DNA of 64,000 nt from Raillietiella orientalis (Eukaryota), in assembly GCA_036172245.1 (NCBI GenBank), contig JAYWIR010000001.1, positions 4,278,001 through 4,342,000 of the forward strand, written 5' to 3'. The notes beneath the pieces were generated by a model. The model had not been told where the DNA came from, did no database searches, and saw nothing but the letters and a program-made list of their open reading frames with translations. The position numbers and the translations under genes were made by a program. Below, piece by piece: positions 37,817 through 50,392 of the stretch (position 1 is the stretch's first letter; every line of letters starts with the position of its first letter).

Positions 37817-40800
37817 CCAAAGAGCTTAGTGAGTCCCTCCTAAGGAGGCGAAGGACACTCTTCAGCACTTGGAGAATTTTATAGACGGATATGCGTTTCA
37901 GGCGCTGGAACCCTCCAGTGAAGGAGTCACTGCTCCTTCACTGGAGGACCAGCCTTTTCTCACTGAGCGCAGCCTCTTTCCAGCTCGAGGGGGACACGGA
38001 ATTGTTCAGCGCCTCCACATCGGGAGAGGGGGAGGGACACGAGTTCCTCGGGGGGCGACACCGAAAAGTTCTCCCCACCGATGGGGTCCCTTCTACAGAG
38101 TACGCGGAGTGGCAGCGTCCACCAACTCACGCGTCCTCCAGCCGCCAGGAAGTTTCGTTTCCACCGTGGGCTGCAGTGGCTCGCGTGGAGCTTCCCAGAA
38201 GCTAACGGACGGAGCCGAGCAGGCGGCGTCCCGCCGTGCCTGGTTTTCGGTCTTTGCGATCCGTCGTTCCGCGTTTCCCCCTTCGCGGCATGCCGGGTCC
38301 CTGCAGCTGGAGGAGCGGCGGCCCCCGTTTTCGAGGATCGCGCGCTCTCGACTCAGACGAGCAGGAAGACGCACATCTGAGCGGGAGATCTGGGAGACGG
38401 CGGGACCCTCTCAGAGGCGCTTCCACTTCCATCAGGAGTCTGCCCGTCCTCTTCCACTTCCGAGCCGCCGCTTTCCCGAGGTTAGGATCCATTGCCAGAG
38501 ACCTCCCATCCGTGCTCGGAGGACAGCAAGTTCCTCAGATGTCGATAAGATAGAGGATGGTGGCGTCAGTGCGCGCTGCAGGGAGCGGGGGGTTCGCCGC
38601 CGGCATCTGTGATGGCAGGAACTGCTCAGCGAAGGGCCCTGGAGGTCTGGCGAGGAGGTGAGGCCACGAGTGAGGAAATCCTTGAGCAAGGTTTAGCCGA
38701 TCCAAAGTCTCAGATTTCGTCGAACAGTGCTCAGGAAGAGGAGCGTTCGTGTTCAAGAGCGTCTCTGCTGCTCGGGAAAAGAAGAAAGAAAACGAACGCG
38801 TGGTCTGCCTGCCTCTCCCTGGACTGGCATCTCCTGGATGGTACCTGAGAATCCGCCTCGGATTCGCTTGCCCTCCTCTTCGGTTTATCTGCTGGGGCCA
38901 CAATCCGTTCCATCCCCATGCTGCGGGACCGGGTCTGCTCGAACACTCGTTTCGAATTTGCAGGAGTCATCCGGAGCTCAAGAGCAGCTCAAGACCAACC
39001 CTCGGAAAGGAAGGTGCTAGAGACAGGCGTCTATGCGGTTCAGTTCTTCGTGCCTTTTTTACCCTGAGCCAGGATCTTTCCCGATGGTCCAGTGGCTGCT
39101 GTTCGGGAGCAGAGGATTCCCATCCGTGGATGGGACGCTCGCCTTCTGGAAAAGGTGGCTTGAAAATGCGTGGTTCTTTGGGACTCGTATCCAAGCAGCG
39201 GCTTCCGTGACGACGCGACCACCAGCAGGAAGTTCGCAACGAGTCTTCATAATCTTCAGCATGGCGCTCTTGTAAAGAGTCGGAGATCGATGGAAAGAGA
39301 GTCGGAAGGAGGAATCCCGTGACGGAGCACGGAAAGACCACGCCGCGCCCGTCGGACTGCACAGAAACTCAGGGCGCCGTTGTCTCACTCCACCGGGGAG
39401 GGGGGGGGGAGGTGCCTCCGGTTTTCGTATCCGTGATGCTGACTCTGCGAACTCCCGCTCAGAGAGAGTGCAAGCTGCAAACGGGATCGTAGCTGCGGAG
39501 AATGTCGATTTTGGGATGTGGAGCCCCCTCGTGTCTTCGGCTAACTGCTTATGGCACTCCCTGCTTGTCCTTCGAACTGCCTCGAAGACGCGGCGGGAGG
39601 GATCCGGGAAGTGGCAGCCTCTTTCTCGGAGTGGACTCTCGTCTGTCCCCTGATCTGGTGTTGCGCAAGAGAAGGATGGCCACGTTCCTTGCCCCTTCTG
39701 CAGCAGCCCCGATTCGTTCCAAATTACTCAAGAATACGAAGACGTCGCTGCCGGCGAAGGCCATTCAAGCGACTGTCCCAGTCCGAGTGGTCGGCTGTCC
39801 GAAGTCTCCTGGAACCCCGAAATGAAGAGACGATGCGAAGAGTTCGTGGCTCTGACTCAGCGATGCGAGGTGCCTCTCGGTCCCCTCTAACATCCAATAT
39901 GGCCGCGGCGTGTTTATGGAATCTCTAAGTCGGGGCATCCTCCCGATGAAGGGAGCTCCCACCACTGGTACAGACGTGGATACGGAGCGCCTGGAGAAAC
40001 GATGTCGCAACCCCCTACGGACAGAGCGGGAAGATGGGCAGGGTGCGAAAACGAAGATGGCAAAGGGCGTTTGCCAATCCTGGGCGCTTTCTTTATTCCA
40101 TTGCCCTCCCTTCCACTCAACGACGAGGCGTTTGGTGGTTCGCCATCACCGGAATCACGGAACGTGGCGTTTCTTCCGCATCACCGCGTCTTCCGTGCCG
40201 TCAGAACGGTCTGGACCGCCCTCCCGGCGAGCCCTCAACCAACCATCCTTCTGTCGCGCTTTGATCTTTCGTTCCCGCTTCGTGACTTGCGCTTGGGTGC
40301 TGCTGCCGGGATCTGCCGGGAACCGGCCATCTCGTCCAGAGATGGCGCGCGATCCCTTCGGGGAATCGCGTGGAAGGCGAAATATTCAGCTGCCTCCCTC
40401 CCTCCCCGCCGCCGCCGGAGATCGCTGTCGGTCGTGTCGGTCGCCTCTACCGATAGACATGGCCGTCGCGGAAGATCCCCCTGCGATGGGCAAGTCGGAA
40501 AGACCCAGTGGACGGGGAGTAGCCAGGCTGCGCATGGACCCACTGTGCCGCCGCTTCGATTGACTGACAGAGGCAGTGCGGAAGTTCTCCAGAACTGCGC
40601 GAAATCCCTGCGGGTCTCTTGACAGGGAAGTGTGGTTCCAGTCGTCAAAGATCCCTCTCCCCCTCCCTTCCCCTACATTGGTGGTTCACCGGCCATCACT
40701 CGGGTTAGCGCTCAAACCCCGAGATGTCCCCTTCGACTCGGCAACGCTTGCAAGCAGTGCGATCCACGGTGGACCTCCTCGATTGTCTGCCGAACCCGCT

Positions 40801-41562
40801 GCGTGTTTCGGGATTTCGCCTCTCCCTTCTGGGGGTGGGATGTGGTGGGGTCGTATGAGACACGGGAAATGAAAATGTCCTTTTGATCCAGCGCTGGGCA
40901 ACGAGAAATTCTGCCAGCATGGGGGCAGAGACTTTCCAACGCGGCGCTCCTCAATCTTTCGTAACACCTCGGTTGGCTCCCCTCAGACCCTGAGCAATTC
41001 CCGAGAGACCAGTCGCAGGGACAGTCGAGGGTGAGGAAAAGGGGCCATCTCCGAAGAGTCGAAGGTACCCTTGGAAGGACGGGTGTTTCCAGCAGCGCGC
41101 CGCTGCAAGAGGAAGCACATGCAGACAATCGGGAACAGCCATATGACGGCCTCCTCCCCAGTGAACGACCGAGATGGGCGGAACTCATCCTGAGACGGAT
41201 GAAACCGTTCCTCCTGGCCTTCCCTCGCGAGCGAATGCGGTGCGCATACGTGCGCGTGGTTGGTCAGCGTCGGTTTGACCCGGGCGTGGCCGAGCTCGGC
41301 AGAGGGCTGAAGGAATTTCAGTCAAACAAATCTCTCGGGTGCGACGGCAGCTGGAGGAGCGGTAAGGACACTACCGGCGGCGTCCGTTGAACCTCGGAAG
41401 ATGGTGTCGAACGGATCTCCCACGCCTCCAGAGCACCGGCATCGTTGGAAACACCCACAACTTCCGATGTTTCCAAACTTCCGGAACTGGATGGGCAGAA
41501 CACTCCGGTTTCCTTCGATAGACTGAGTGACGGAAGAGACGTACATCGAGGTGTTTCCACTA

Positions 41563-41758
41563 TCCTCTTCTCCTCCTCCTCTTCCTTCATTCCTCTTCTC
41601 TTCCCTTCTTCCTTCACTCTTGCTCTCTTCCTCCTTCCTTTCCTCCTTTCTCCTTCTCTCCTTCCTTCCTCTTCCTCCCTCCCTTCCCTGCCTTTCTCCT
41701 TCATTCAGCGTCCTGTTCCACCTCCATTCCTCTTCCCTTCCTCCTGCTCTTTTTTTTT
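41563..41758. repeat. Homopyrimidine (CT-rich) low-complexity tract
   Basis: About 200 nt almost exclusively C/T on the + strand. Confidence 0.9.
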
Positions 41759-44700
41759 GTTGTTGAAAGAGGCCACGCGGTCATTCCCTCGGAAATGGCG
41801 GTTTCCCGAGACGACCGTGCGCAAGCCGTGAAAGTGTCTGCGCACATAAACTGGCAAGTGTTACTTGCAGTGTACATGTACATCCAATACGCTAAACAAA
41901 CGGCAAACATCAATTTCGTTGGGAGGGATGCTCTGGCATTGGAGTGGGGAATAATGGAGCTGAGGTCACGTGTGTGAAAATCCAGGCATGTTTTCTCGAG
42001 ACCTCGAAGCAGCGGGAGAGTTCGTGCTGCCAGGGAGTGGGAGCGTAGATGGAGGGACATGAAGCACCAGACCGACCGCACGCAGACCAGGCTGTCCGCC
42101 GATCCATGTGCGGGTCGCATCCATCCTCGGTCGCGGGAGCCCAGCGACCGAGGGCGTCACCGCACGTGCGTGGTTCCCGCCGAGAGCTGAAGCGCCTTTC
42201 CCTGCTGATCTTCCGTTGCCCGACCCCCTCCGCCAGGGAGCTCTTGAAGGTGCAGGCGGCATGAGTAAAGACAGGCTTCCCCCTCTCGGCACCGAGTTCG
42301 ACCCGAGCAGGGGGTCGAAGCCATCGGCTCCCGATTCTTCCGAGCAGCCTTTTGGCAGGCGTGCTGATGCCTCGGCGCGCCCCTGCGTGGTCGAAGGTCG
42401 GCGGCAGGTCCAGGACGCGTGCGAGCGTCCCTCTCCCATGCCATGCACACCTTCAAGGAACCCCTTTAGCAGGCTTCTTGAAGGCAGCGGCGGCAGCGAC
42501 GACATGAAAGGAGAGGAGGAGGAGGGATAGGTAGTGATGGCGGCGACGATACGGAGGAGGAGGAGGACACTACGAGCTCAGAAATCCCGATGTTCGCGTC
42601 CACTCCTTGGGTATTCGACCCGAAAGGGTTGCGCTACCGCGACGGCCGAAGAGGGAACACCTGACGTCACACATCGAGCACACATCTGGTGTCAGGGGTC
42701 CGACCTGTTCTTCTTCTGGCCGAAAAGGGGGGAGGGCGCTCTGACTTACGGGACGCTTCGCTTCTTCCGCGGACGTTCTCCGCTTGTCTTTTGATCTTCA
42801 TCGGGGCCGTGAGACCCGCGGCGTGCCACGCGTCCCGGCGTGATGCCGCGCCGCGGAGGGGAAGCAGGAAGCAACGGGGATTGCGGTCGAGAAGGGGAGA
42901 ATGAGAGGCAGGGACGAAGGACGCTTGGCGCAACTCGCCGCCTCTTCTGCCTTCTTTTGCTGCGCATTGGGCTGCGCCGCGCCCCGCACCCACTCCTCCC
43001 AAGGGCGAACGTCCCGACGCGCGGTGCTGCCCCACTCAAGATGTGACCTCCCCTCCATCGGAGCGCTCCCTCATCACGGCGAGTCTGCCTCTCCGCATCG
43101 AAGGGCGCGCACGCGCGCGCTGGAGGACACTTCATGCTTTCCCCAGCGGTTGTTGGAAGCTCGTTCTCGGCCGGGTAGCTTCCCTTCTTCCGGAGGCAGT
43201 TGCCCAGAGGAAGTCGCTGACGCGCTGGGTGTGGCGCGCTCCAACGTCTCCGGACGCTAGCTCTTTCGAGTCCACCGGTGGCTCCCGAGGTTGTCTCTTG
43301 ATCACCGGACACAGTTTCTTGAGATGGGTCCCATCTTGAGAAACCCTGCTTCCGTTGCGTTGGCGCGAGGAGCTTCACGCCAGGAGGCAAACGCCCTCTC
43401 TTGATGGATCGATCGCCATGGCGACCGTCCAGTCCTCGAGACCACCCTCCAGCTGAGAAGATCTTCGTCTGGCTTTTGTTGACCGGAAGCCGCACGTGCC
43501 TTGTCCGTGGGCTCCGTGGCGCCACCGCCCGCCCAGAAGCGGTCGTGTTTTCCCCCTCCCCACCACTCCTCCTCGTAGAGCAGGTGCTCGGATCTCCTCC
43601 CGTCCCTAGGGGGCGTCCCCTCCCTCAAGCGATTCCCGCCTTGAGGGTAAGTCTCCGTGCGGGCGCTCCTGCGTGGAGTCTCCCGCGGCACGCCTCTTCC
43701 CTCCTGCCTCTCGCTGCCTGACCTCTGCTCTCCCGGAGAGATTGTTTCCTTCGCCGGGCGCCGAGCTGACCTCCCCTCCCCCGCGGGTTCGCGTTCGAAG
43801 CGGTCCACCTTCCCCGCCTTTCGTAATCGCGCACATTGCCGGGAGGCTTGGGGTCCGGTTAATGCTGACCATTAGGGGCGCACGTTACCTGGGGACCAGC
43901 AGCGCCTCTGCATCCTTCGTTTCGCTCATTCGAGATCATCAGCTCAGCATCAGAAGGAAATTTTCTCCGGCATCCCCTCAATTTGTCGTTCCATCCTTTT
44001 ATTTATGGTCGTTGATGGCGCTCAAATGACGGCGGGAGGAGAGCCACCGCATCCGTGCTGCCGCTATTTCCTCCTCGAAGGGGAAGTCCGTCCCTCCCTC
44101 AGCGCCCCCTTCCCGCTCGCTGCCTAGCGAACGGTCGGGTATCGACGCGCGCGCCCTCTTTCGTCAGCGTCCTCTTCGTCCCCGCAGGCGTCCCCTCCTT
44201 CCTGACTCGCTCTTCCCTCGCTCTCCCCGGCGGTGAGACGGGAGTTCACGCTGAAAGTTTCCCGATTCCTCCCCCCCCCTCCCTTCCTTCGCACCGCCGC
44301 ACCCGGAGGTGCCGGCGAAATTCTTCGTCTCTCCCCCGCCTTCCACGCAGGACGGAAGGCGAAAGAATTCTTTCTTTTCCGCTGCTGCTGCCGCGCCTCC
44401 TGTGGTGCGACCCTGAGCGCCGCAGCGTCCGCGTTCGTCCCTGCCTGCGGGCCGCTGAGCCCGGCAACCGACGAGGCGCGCAGCGCATCCGGATGCTGGA
44501 GGCTCGAGTACCCAGAGGCACCCCGTCCCTGAGCCCCTTGCGTCTTCTAATCACCCTACAGGAGCGCCCTCGGCTCCAAGGCCGTTCCCGGGTGAGAAAT
44601 CCCCTCGCCACACCGATGCAGTCTCGAGCTATCGCCACGGCGACGTGCGACCCCGGAGTGCGGCCGCGCCACGAACGCACCAGGGACCCGTTCGAATCGA

Positions 44701-45079
44701 ATTGTGCGGGAGCACCCGGTGCAAAGTGCCGCGTTCTTCCTACGAGGTGCTTCCGCTGCAGAAGACTGATGTTCAACCTAGCGACGGTCCACGAAACCAA
44801 GCGTCAGGGATCACCGCGCGACCGCCGAAACTTGGAGACGAGGTGCAGCCGTCGTGCATCCCTTCGGCTGCAGCTACGTGCTCCCGGGAGGGCCGTTTCT
44901 CTTCCTGGCATTCTTCCTGGCAACAGAGGTTCCGACTGCTGTCCCAGAGTTCGCGCAGACAAAACTGGGGTGCTGCTGCTCACGAGTGAGGTGCTTCTTG
45001 CACATTCTGGTCATGCCGTGCCCGAGTTCCGATTGAGCAGTTGGATGTCAACGTGTGAGCGTTTTTCTCGAAGCTTCGC

Positions 45080-45179
45080 GATGCACCCAAATTGATTCAT
45101 CCCTCTTGATACACCCCACTCGATGCACTTCTATTGATATACTCCTACTGATGCACTCTACTTGATGCATCCCACGATG
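45080..45179 (-). repeat. 14-bp minisatellite array (about 7 units), inverted
   Basis: Repeated TTGAT(G/A)CAC/CCC units. Confidence 0.9.
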
Positions 45180-45867
45180 GAGTCATCGTGGGACCGCGCA
45201 GAGACTTCCCGTGCTGCCGTGTTGCATTGGCATGTGCATCCTGGCCTTGCAGAACGACTTTTATCCCGCGCTAAGACGATGAGGAAAGGTCGATCACGCA
45301 GGTTTCTGTTTCGGAAGCACCCGGGGCTATCCGAAGAAGTGTCGCTCCGTCAGGAGCACCCCTGAGATGCACCCTCCCGAGGGAGAGTGGAAGTGGTCGC
45401 GGAATCCGCCGCGAGGCGCGGTTTTCCATTGCCCCCGCGCAGCCGCCGTCCCGATTTTTCACGTTGTCTTTCCGCTGTCAACTCCAAGCCCGTCGCAGCT
45501 TCCAGGAACTTTCTTTATGTTTCAATTGAGGACGTTTGGATCTGATGGGCTGGGATGGAATCTTGGCTCGTTGGCAAGGTTTCCCCTTGTGGAGACCCCC
45601 CTAATTAATTGCAGGAGACTGGCGGATCTCATTGGAGTCGTTGGGATTTTCCACCGCTCGGGAGCAGCGGCTCTCGGCCGTGATGCACCGGCATGGGGAA
45701 GGCTTTGTGATTTGGCAAGGACCCCTCATCCCGATGCGCGCGAGGAACCAAGCGGTTCGCGGTCAGCAATCTGTTACGTCTTCTGCAAATATTGACGTCA
45801 TTACTCTTTGCCTCTGGAGCTAGATCTCCAAAGTTCGTGTCCGGGCAATGTAATATCCTGTGCAATA

Positions 45868-46199
45868 CATCAGGAGGGGTGAATCAACTGGGGTGCATCG
45901 ATAGGGGTGGCTCAAGTGGAGTGAATCAAGAGAGGTGCATCAAGTGGGATGTATCAAGAGGGGTACATCGAATGGAGTGTATCAAACGAGATGTATCAAA
46001 TGGAGTGCATCAAGTGGGGTGGGTCAAGAGGGGTGCATCAAGAGGAGTACATCGAATGGAGTGGATCAAGAGAGATGTATCAAATGTAGTGCATCAAGTG
46101 GGATGTATCAAGAGGGGTACATTGAATGAGGTTGATTAAGAGGGGTACATCAAGTAGGGTGTATCAAGAGGTATGAATCAACTAGGGTGGATCAAGTAG
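45868..46199 (+). repeat. 14-bp minisatellite array (about 23 units)
   Basis: Repeated GTG(C/T)ATCAAG(A/T)GGG units; variant unit GTACAT(C/T)GAATG recurs at 45963, 46047 and 46117. Confidence 0.95.
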
Positions 46200-49100
46200 T
46201 TCAGCTGGCGTGCACTCTCGGCCTTTTCCCCAGTCTGTCGCGTCCGTTCTCATTGGCACATTCCAAGAATGGCGGTGCGTGAGCGCAGGGGTGAACCAAG
46301 GAGGTGTCCCCTTTGGCTCGTGAACTTCTGCGGCTGCGGACCACGCCAAGTGGATGGGCAAGGGCTCTGTGCCGTGCGAGCTGGGGAGCGAACCTCGTTG
46401 CGTAGCGGAAGCACCCGTGCGGTGTTCTTCGGACCGGAGCGTCGCTTCCAACGCCAGTAGAGCGGAGCTGCCGTGCGTTGGCAGCCGGGAGAGCGCGCTC
46501 GCCGCCTCGTCTCTCGCGGACAGAGCCGCGTCCCGGGAATCCAGCGGCCTCGGAAGTTGCCGCGAACCGGTGAGCCGTCTCGAGAGTCTCCCGGCGTCGC
46601 CGAAGAAGGAAGAAGGGGGAGGGGGAGTCGAGGAGCCAGCGAGGAGGACGCGCTCGGTTTCCGGAGGGGACCCGTGCAGAGGAGGCGCGCTGGCGTGCGC
46701 GCCCCTCAATCCCGCGACCTCGGGAATCCCGTCCTCTGTGCCGAGCGGGAGCGACAGAGCGAAACCGCATCGCCTGCGATCTGGCAAGAAGGAGGGCTCT
46801 GACGTCGGGCATCCATCAGCAAAGGAATCCGAGGCAGTCGGGATCCTGGGAGACGGCGACTCCTTTGTGGGAGCAGATCCTGCCCCGCGGAAGATTTATG
46901 CGTGGCAACCGGGAGTGGGGTCGCCTCTTGCAGCGCGCGCCCTGCGAGCAGGAGGAGCTGCGGCGGACGCGGCAGAGTCTGGAAGGGAAGGCGGAGGGAG
47001 AGAAGGCCCGAGAGGGGGGGGGGGGCGAGTTTCCAAGACGACGACGACGACGCGGGGGCTTATTTTTCAAGCCTAACGACCGGGGAATCTCCCAGGGGCT
47101 CCCCACGGCTGACGATCGGGAAGCGAAGCCAGGAGTCTCCTTCGGGGATCCCGGCGTGCGAGGCATTTCCGGGAGTCATCGCCGCGCACGGACCTTCGCG
47201 TCCGGAGATCCCTCGCGTCCTCAGCATCCTACGTCCTACACCAGCGTCCACCGTTCTGCGCATTCCGAGGCGCGAGGGCCCGTTTCCCGTCCTCTCCGTG
47301 CCCTTTTCCCCACCCTTCCCCCACCGGACCAGGAGAGCGCACGCGCGCTCGGCTCCCTCCGGAAAAAGGCGAGGGAGGTTTCGCTCCTGCTTCCGGGGAG
47401 AGAGAGGGGAGCGACAGACGACCACTCGCGGCGGCGGAGCGGCGCTGCTTCGGTGGGCAGAGATGGGTGGCCGGCGCGTCGTTTTGAAATTTCCGCACCG
47501 GAGAGGCGGGAATTTCCGGAGTCACTCCCGTTCCTGAGGATGAGTTCACAGTGGCAGATGCTGGGAACGGAGGGACCTCGCGCCCAGCGCGGAGAGCGCC
47601 GCCCGTGTGAGGCGTGCCGTTCCGTCCATCGCGTGAGCGGCAGAGGAATCCGCCTGCCCGCGGGCCGCTTTCTCTTGGATGATTGCCGGATCGGGATGTG
47701 ACCTTTGTAGAAAGAGAGAGGCTGTATCCTCACGATCGACGAATCCTGAATCCCGATGTGGCTGCTGCAGTGCGTTCCTGGTGCGTCGTCGGCGCCGCTT
47801 CTTGATGCACCTGGATTTCTTTCGGAAAAGGGAGAGCGGTGGCCTCAGATGTTCCTCCAGTGGAGGATGATGCGCTCATGCATGTTCAAGAAGAGATCGT
47901 TATCCTTAATCTCTCTTCCGCCTCCTTTTCTCCTCCTTTTCTTCCTTCTCTTCCTCCTCCTCCTCCCTTCCTCCTCATTGCCTTCCTCTGAGGCTGTAGG
48001 AAAGTGAGCATCTTACTCTTCTTGTCTTGGGGCTTCCGACCTTGACAGCTAATGCACGGTCGCCATAGGCTTCCACTGCGACTCTGGGACCGCCGGCCAA
48101 TTGCGCGTCCGTCCCGGAAATTGCTACTTCTTCCTTTCGTGTCATCCAGCTAGTCTTTCTTCCCTCGATGCTGCCTGACTAGGATGGCCATCAGCACTCC
48201 TTCCCATTCCTCTTTACCACCCCAACAGAGCCTTCCCTCCCCTCCTCGAGTTGCCACGCCCGAAGCGTCGAATTCACCGCAGCGTCTGCTTCCTTGGTTC
48301 CATCCTTCCTGCAGAGCTCCCCGCGTCGCGTCGCGGAAGCTGGAAATTTTTCAAGCATCGCTGCTTTTATCCCGGCGGCATGTCCTCCAGCGAGCGAAGA
48401 AAGAAAAAGAAAGAAGCGAACGTTTTCGCACGGAAGTCTTGTCTGAAATGTCTTGTCGTCAGAATGTTTTTTTTTTCTTTCTCTCTCCGTTCCGCCGGCG
48501 CGCGCTCATCGCTTCCTCCAAGCGTGAGGTGCTTTGGCTGTCGACCTCCGCGAGCCTTCGGCGCGTGCTTCTTGCCGGCTGCGCCTTCCGGCGTGCCTGC
48601 TTCCTTCCTGTTTTTCCCGTCTCCCGGAAGCGCCCTTGGACTCATCGGCGGCGCTTCCCGCGACCACTTTTTTCTTTCTGTCCACCGTCGAGATGCTGGC
48701 ATGATTCTCCCTGATGGCCTCTCCCCGTCAGAGGTTCCCCAAATTTTCGGCCTCCTGCGGCGGATCCCTTGTTTTGACTGCAGAATGCGGACGCTTTGGA
48801 GACGGGATCGCTGCTTCCAACGGCGACTTCCGCTTCCGAAAGGTCGGCGGTCGTCCAGGGGATAGCATCCGAGGAGTCAAAACGAAAATGCGGCAAACCT
48901 CCTGAGCATAGGGCGGAGGACGTGATCGTTCGGGGGGCAGGGAATGTTCCACGGCGTCGTGACGGTTGCCAAGGAGATGCCTCCTGAAAGCTCCAGGAAG
49001 GGATTCCTCTTCGGAGAAGGTGATTTGTGAGATGCCCGAGGGCACTGGAAGGCGGGCATCTCTGAGTACGCGGGAACACGCAGGGATTCTCTCGGGAGGA

Positions 49101-50392
49101 AGTCGGAAGCGGTACGATCCGCTGACCAGCTGCAGCGGTTCCTGGCGACGCCAGGGCCCAGCCACGACGCGGTCGCGACTGGTGGCTCTCGCGGCTGAGC
49201 TCGCCTCCCGCTCAGCTGCTACCCCCTTTTGGGGAGCTTCTCTGCCAACCGGGCGGCGGGCCGGGCTCCTCCGGACGGGTCTAGGGATGCTCTCTCTCCG
49301 CTTCCCGATTCATTCCATCCTCCCGACTCGTCCGGCATCGGACGTCTATCCAAAAGATTTTCGGGAACGCGGGACAGGTGGGAGGGCGGCGATCGCCATT
49401 CTCTGATCCCGTAGACGGGAGCCTTGTCGACACCGAGAAGGTCGTCCCCGTTTCGCTTCGTTTTTTTTTCTTTACTTTCCCTTTCTCTTTTACGAAGTCG
49501 AGTCTGCGGCGTCGCCGGACGAACCGATCTGCGATAAGCTTCTCCCGAAGATCCAGGCGTCGCCTCTTACCCTCTGGTCCCTCTTAACTCTTTAGCACTG
49601 CTGGAGGCGTTCCTGCCGATGCGCAAGTGTGCGCCCTCTCCTCTGAATCCCGGGGCAGAGCCTCTGTGCGTGCAGGTGTCGGCGCCTGCCGGACCACCCT
49701 GCGTGCTCCCACGGAAGTTCCTCTTCGCCTTCTTCCTCGCCGCCGCTTTCTCTTCCCTCCCGGACCGTGTATGACCCCTGCGTTCCCCACAGCCCCGTCC
49801 GCTGCAGGCAATGGCGTGCCCTTCCGCCTGCCTGTGGAGGCCGTCGTCGTTCGTTTCCTCGGTCCAGGAGCGGCGCGGCCTCCTCCCTGCGCAGCATGGC
49901 GGAGGCCAAACAGCAGCGGGGAAGGCTCGCAGGCGCGTCGGCAGACAAAGAGCTGCTCCCTCCTCACCGCTCTTCTTGCTAGTTCGCTCTTTGCCCTGCT
50001 CGGTGGTTCCCTTGGTGCCCGGCAGGATGGATGCTCCGCTTCGCGCCAGACTCGCTCTGCGGTTCATCCGTTCCTCTCCCGAAATTCCTCTCAGCAACTC
50101 TCCTGCCGACACTCGGAAAGAAAGACCGTCTGTCTCCGCCGCTACCGTCGTTCGCCGCAGGCAAGGGGAAGATGCCAGCGGTTTCCCGGACGACGGCGGC
50201 GCGGTGGGTCGAACCGCCGCCGCCTCCTCTTTCCCGCGCGCGACTTTACCCGGCGAGCCCGCTGCCTCGGGGTTCGCTCGGCGCCTTTCCTGAGGTGCTG
50301 CGCGCCGCGCCGCCTGCCCGGAGCCAGCCGTTGAGTCGCACAAGAAGCTGAGACTCCGCCACCCCGAGGCTGACCGGCGCTTCTCTTTCCAG

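Larger units (their letters stand above)
45080..46199. mobile_element. Foldback (FB)-like non-autonomous element: inverted arrays of a 14-bp minisatellite flanking a ~690-bp core
   Basis: Left array 45080-45179 is the reverse complement of the right array 45868-46199 (unit approximately GTGCATCAAGAGGG), and the outer ends align in register. No transposase and no clear TSD. Confidence 0.55.

Noticed and set aside
41031-41390. Protein-like ORF ending at a phase-1 GTAAGG donor as the first HSD exon
   Set aside because: It would place polar DGSWRS where the hydrophobic Rossmann beta1 strand is required.
45868-46199. CRISPR-like regular repeats
   Set aside because: Contiguous degenerate 14-mers with no spacers, in eukaryotic context.
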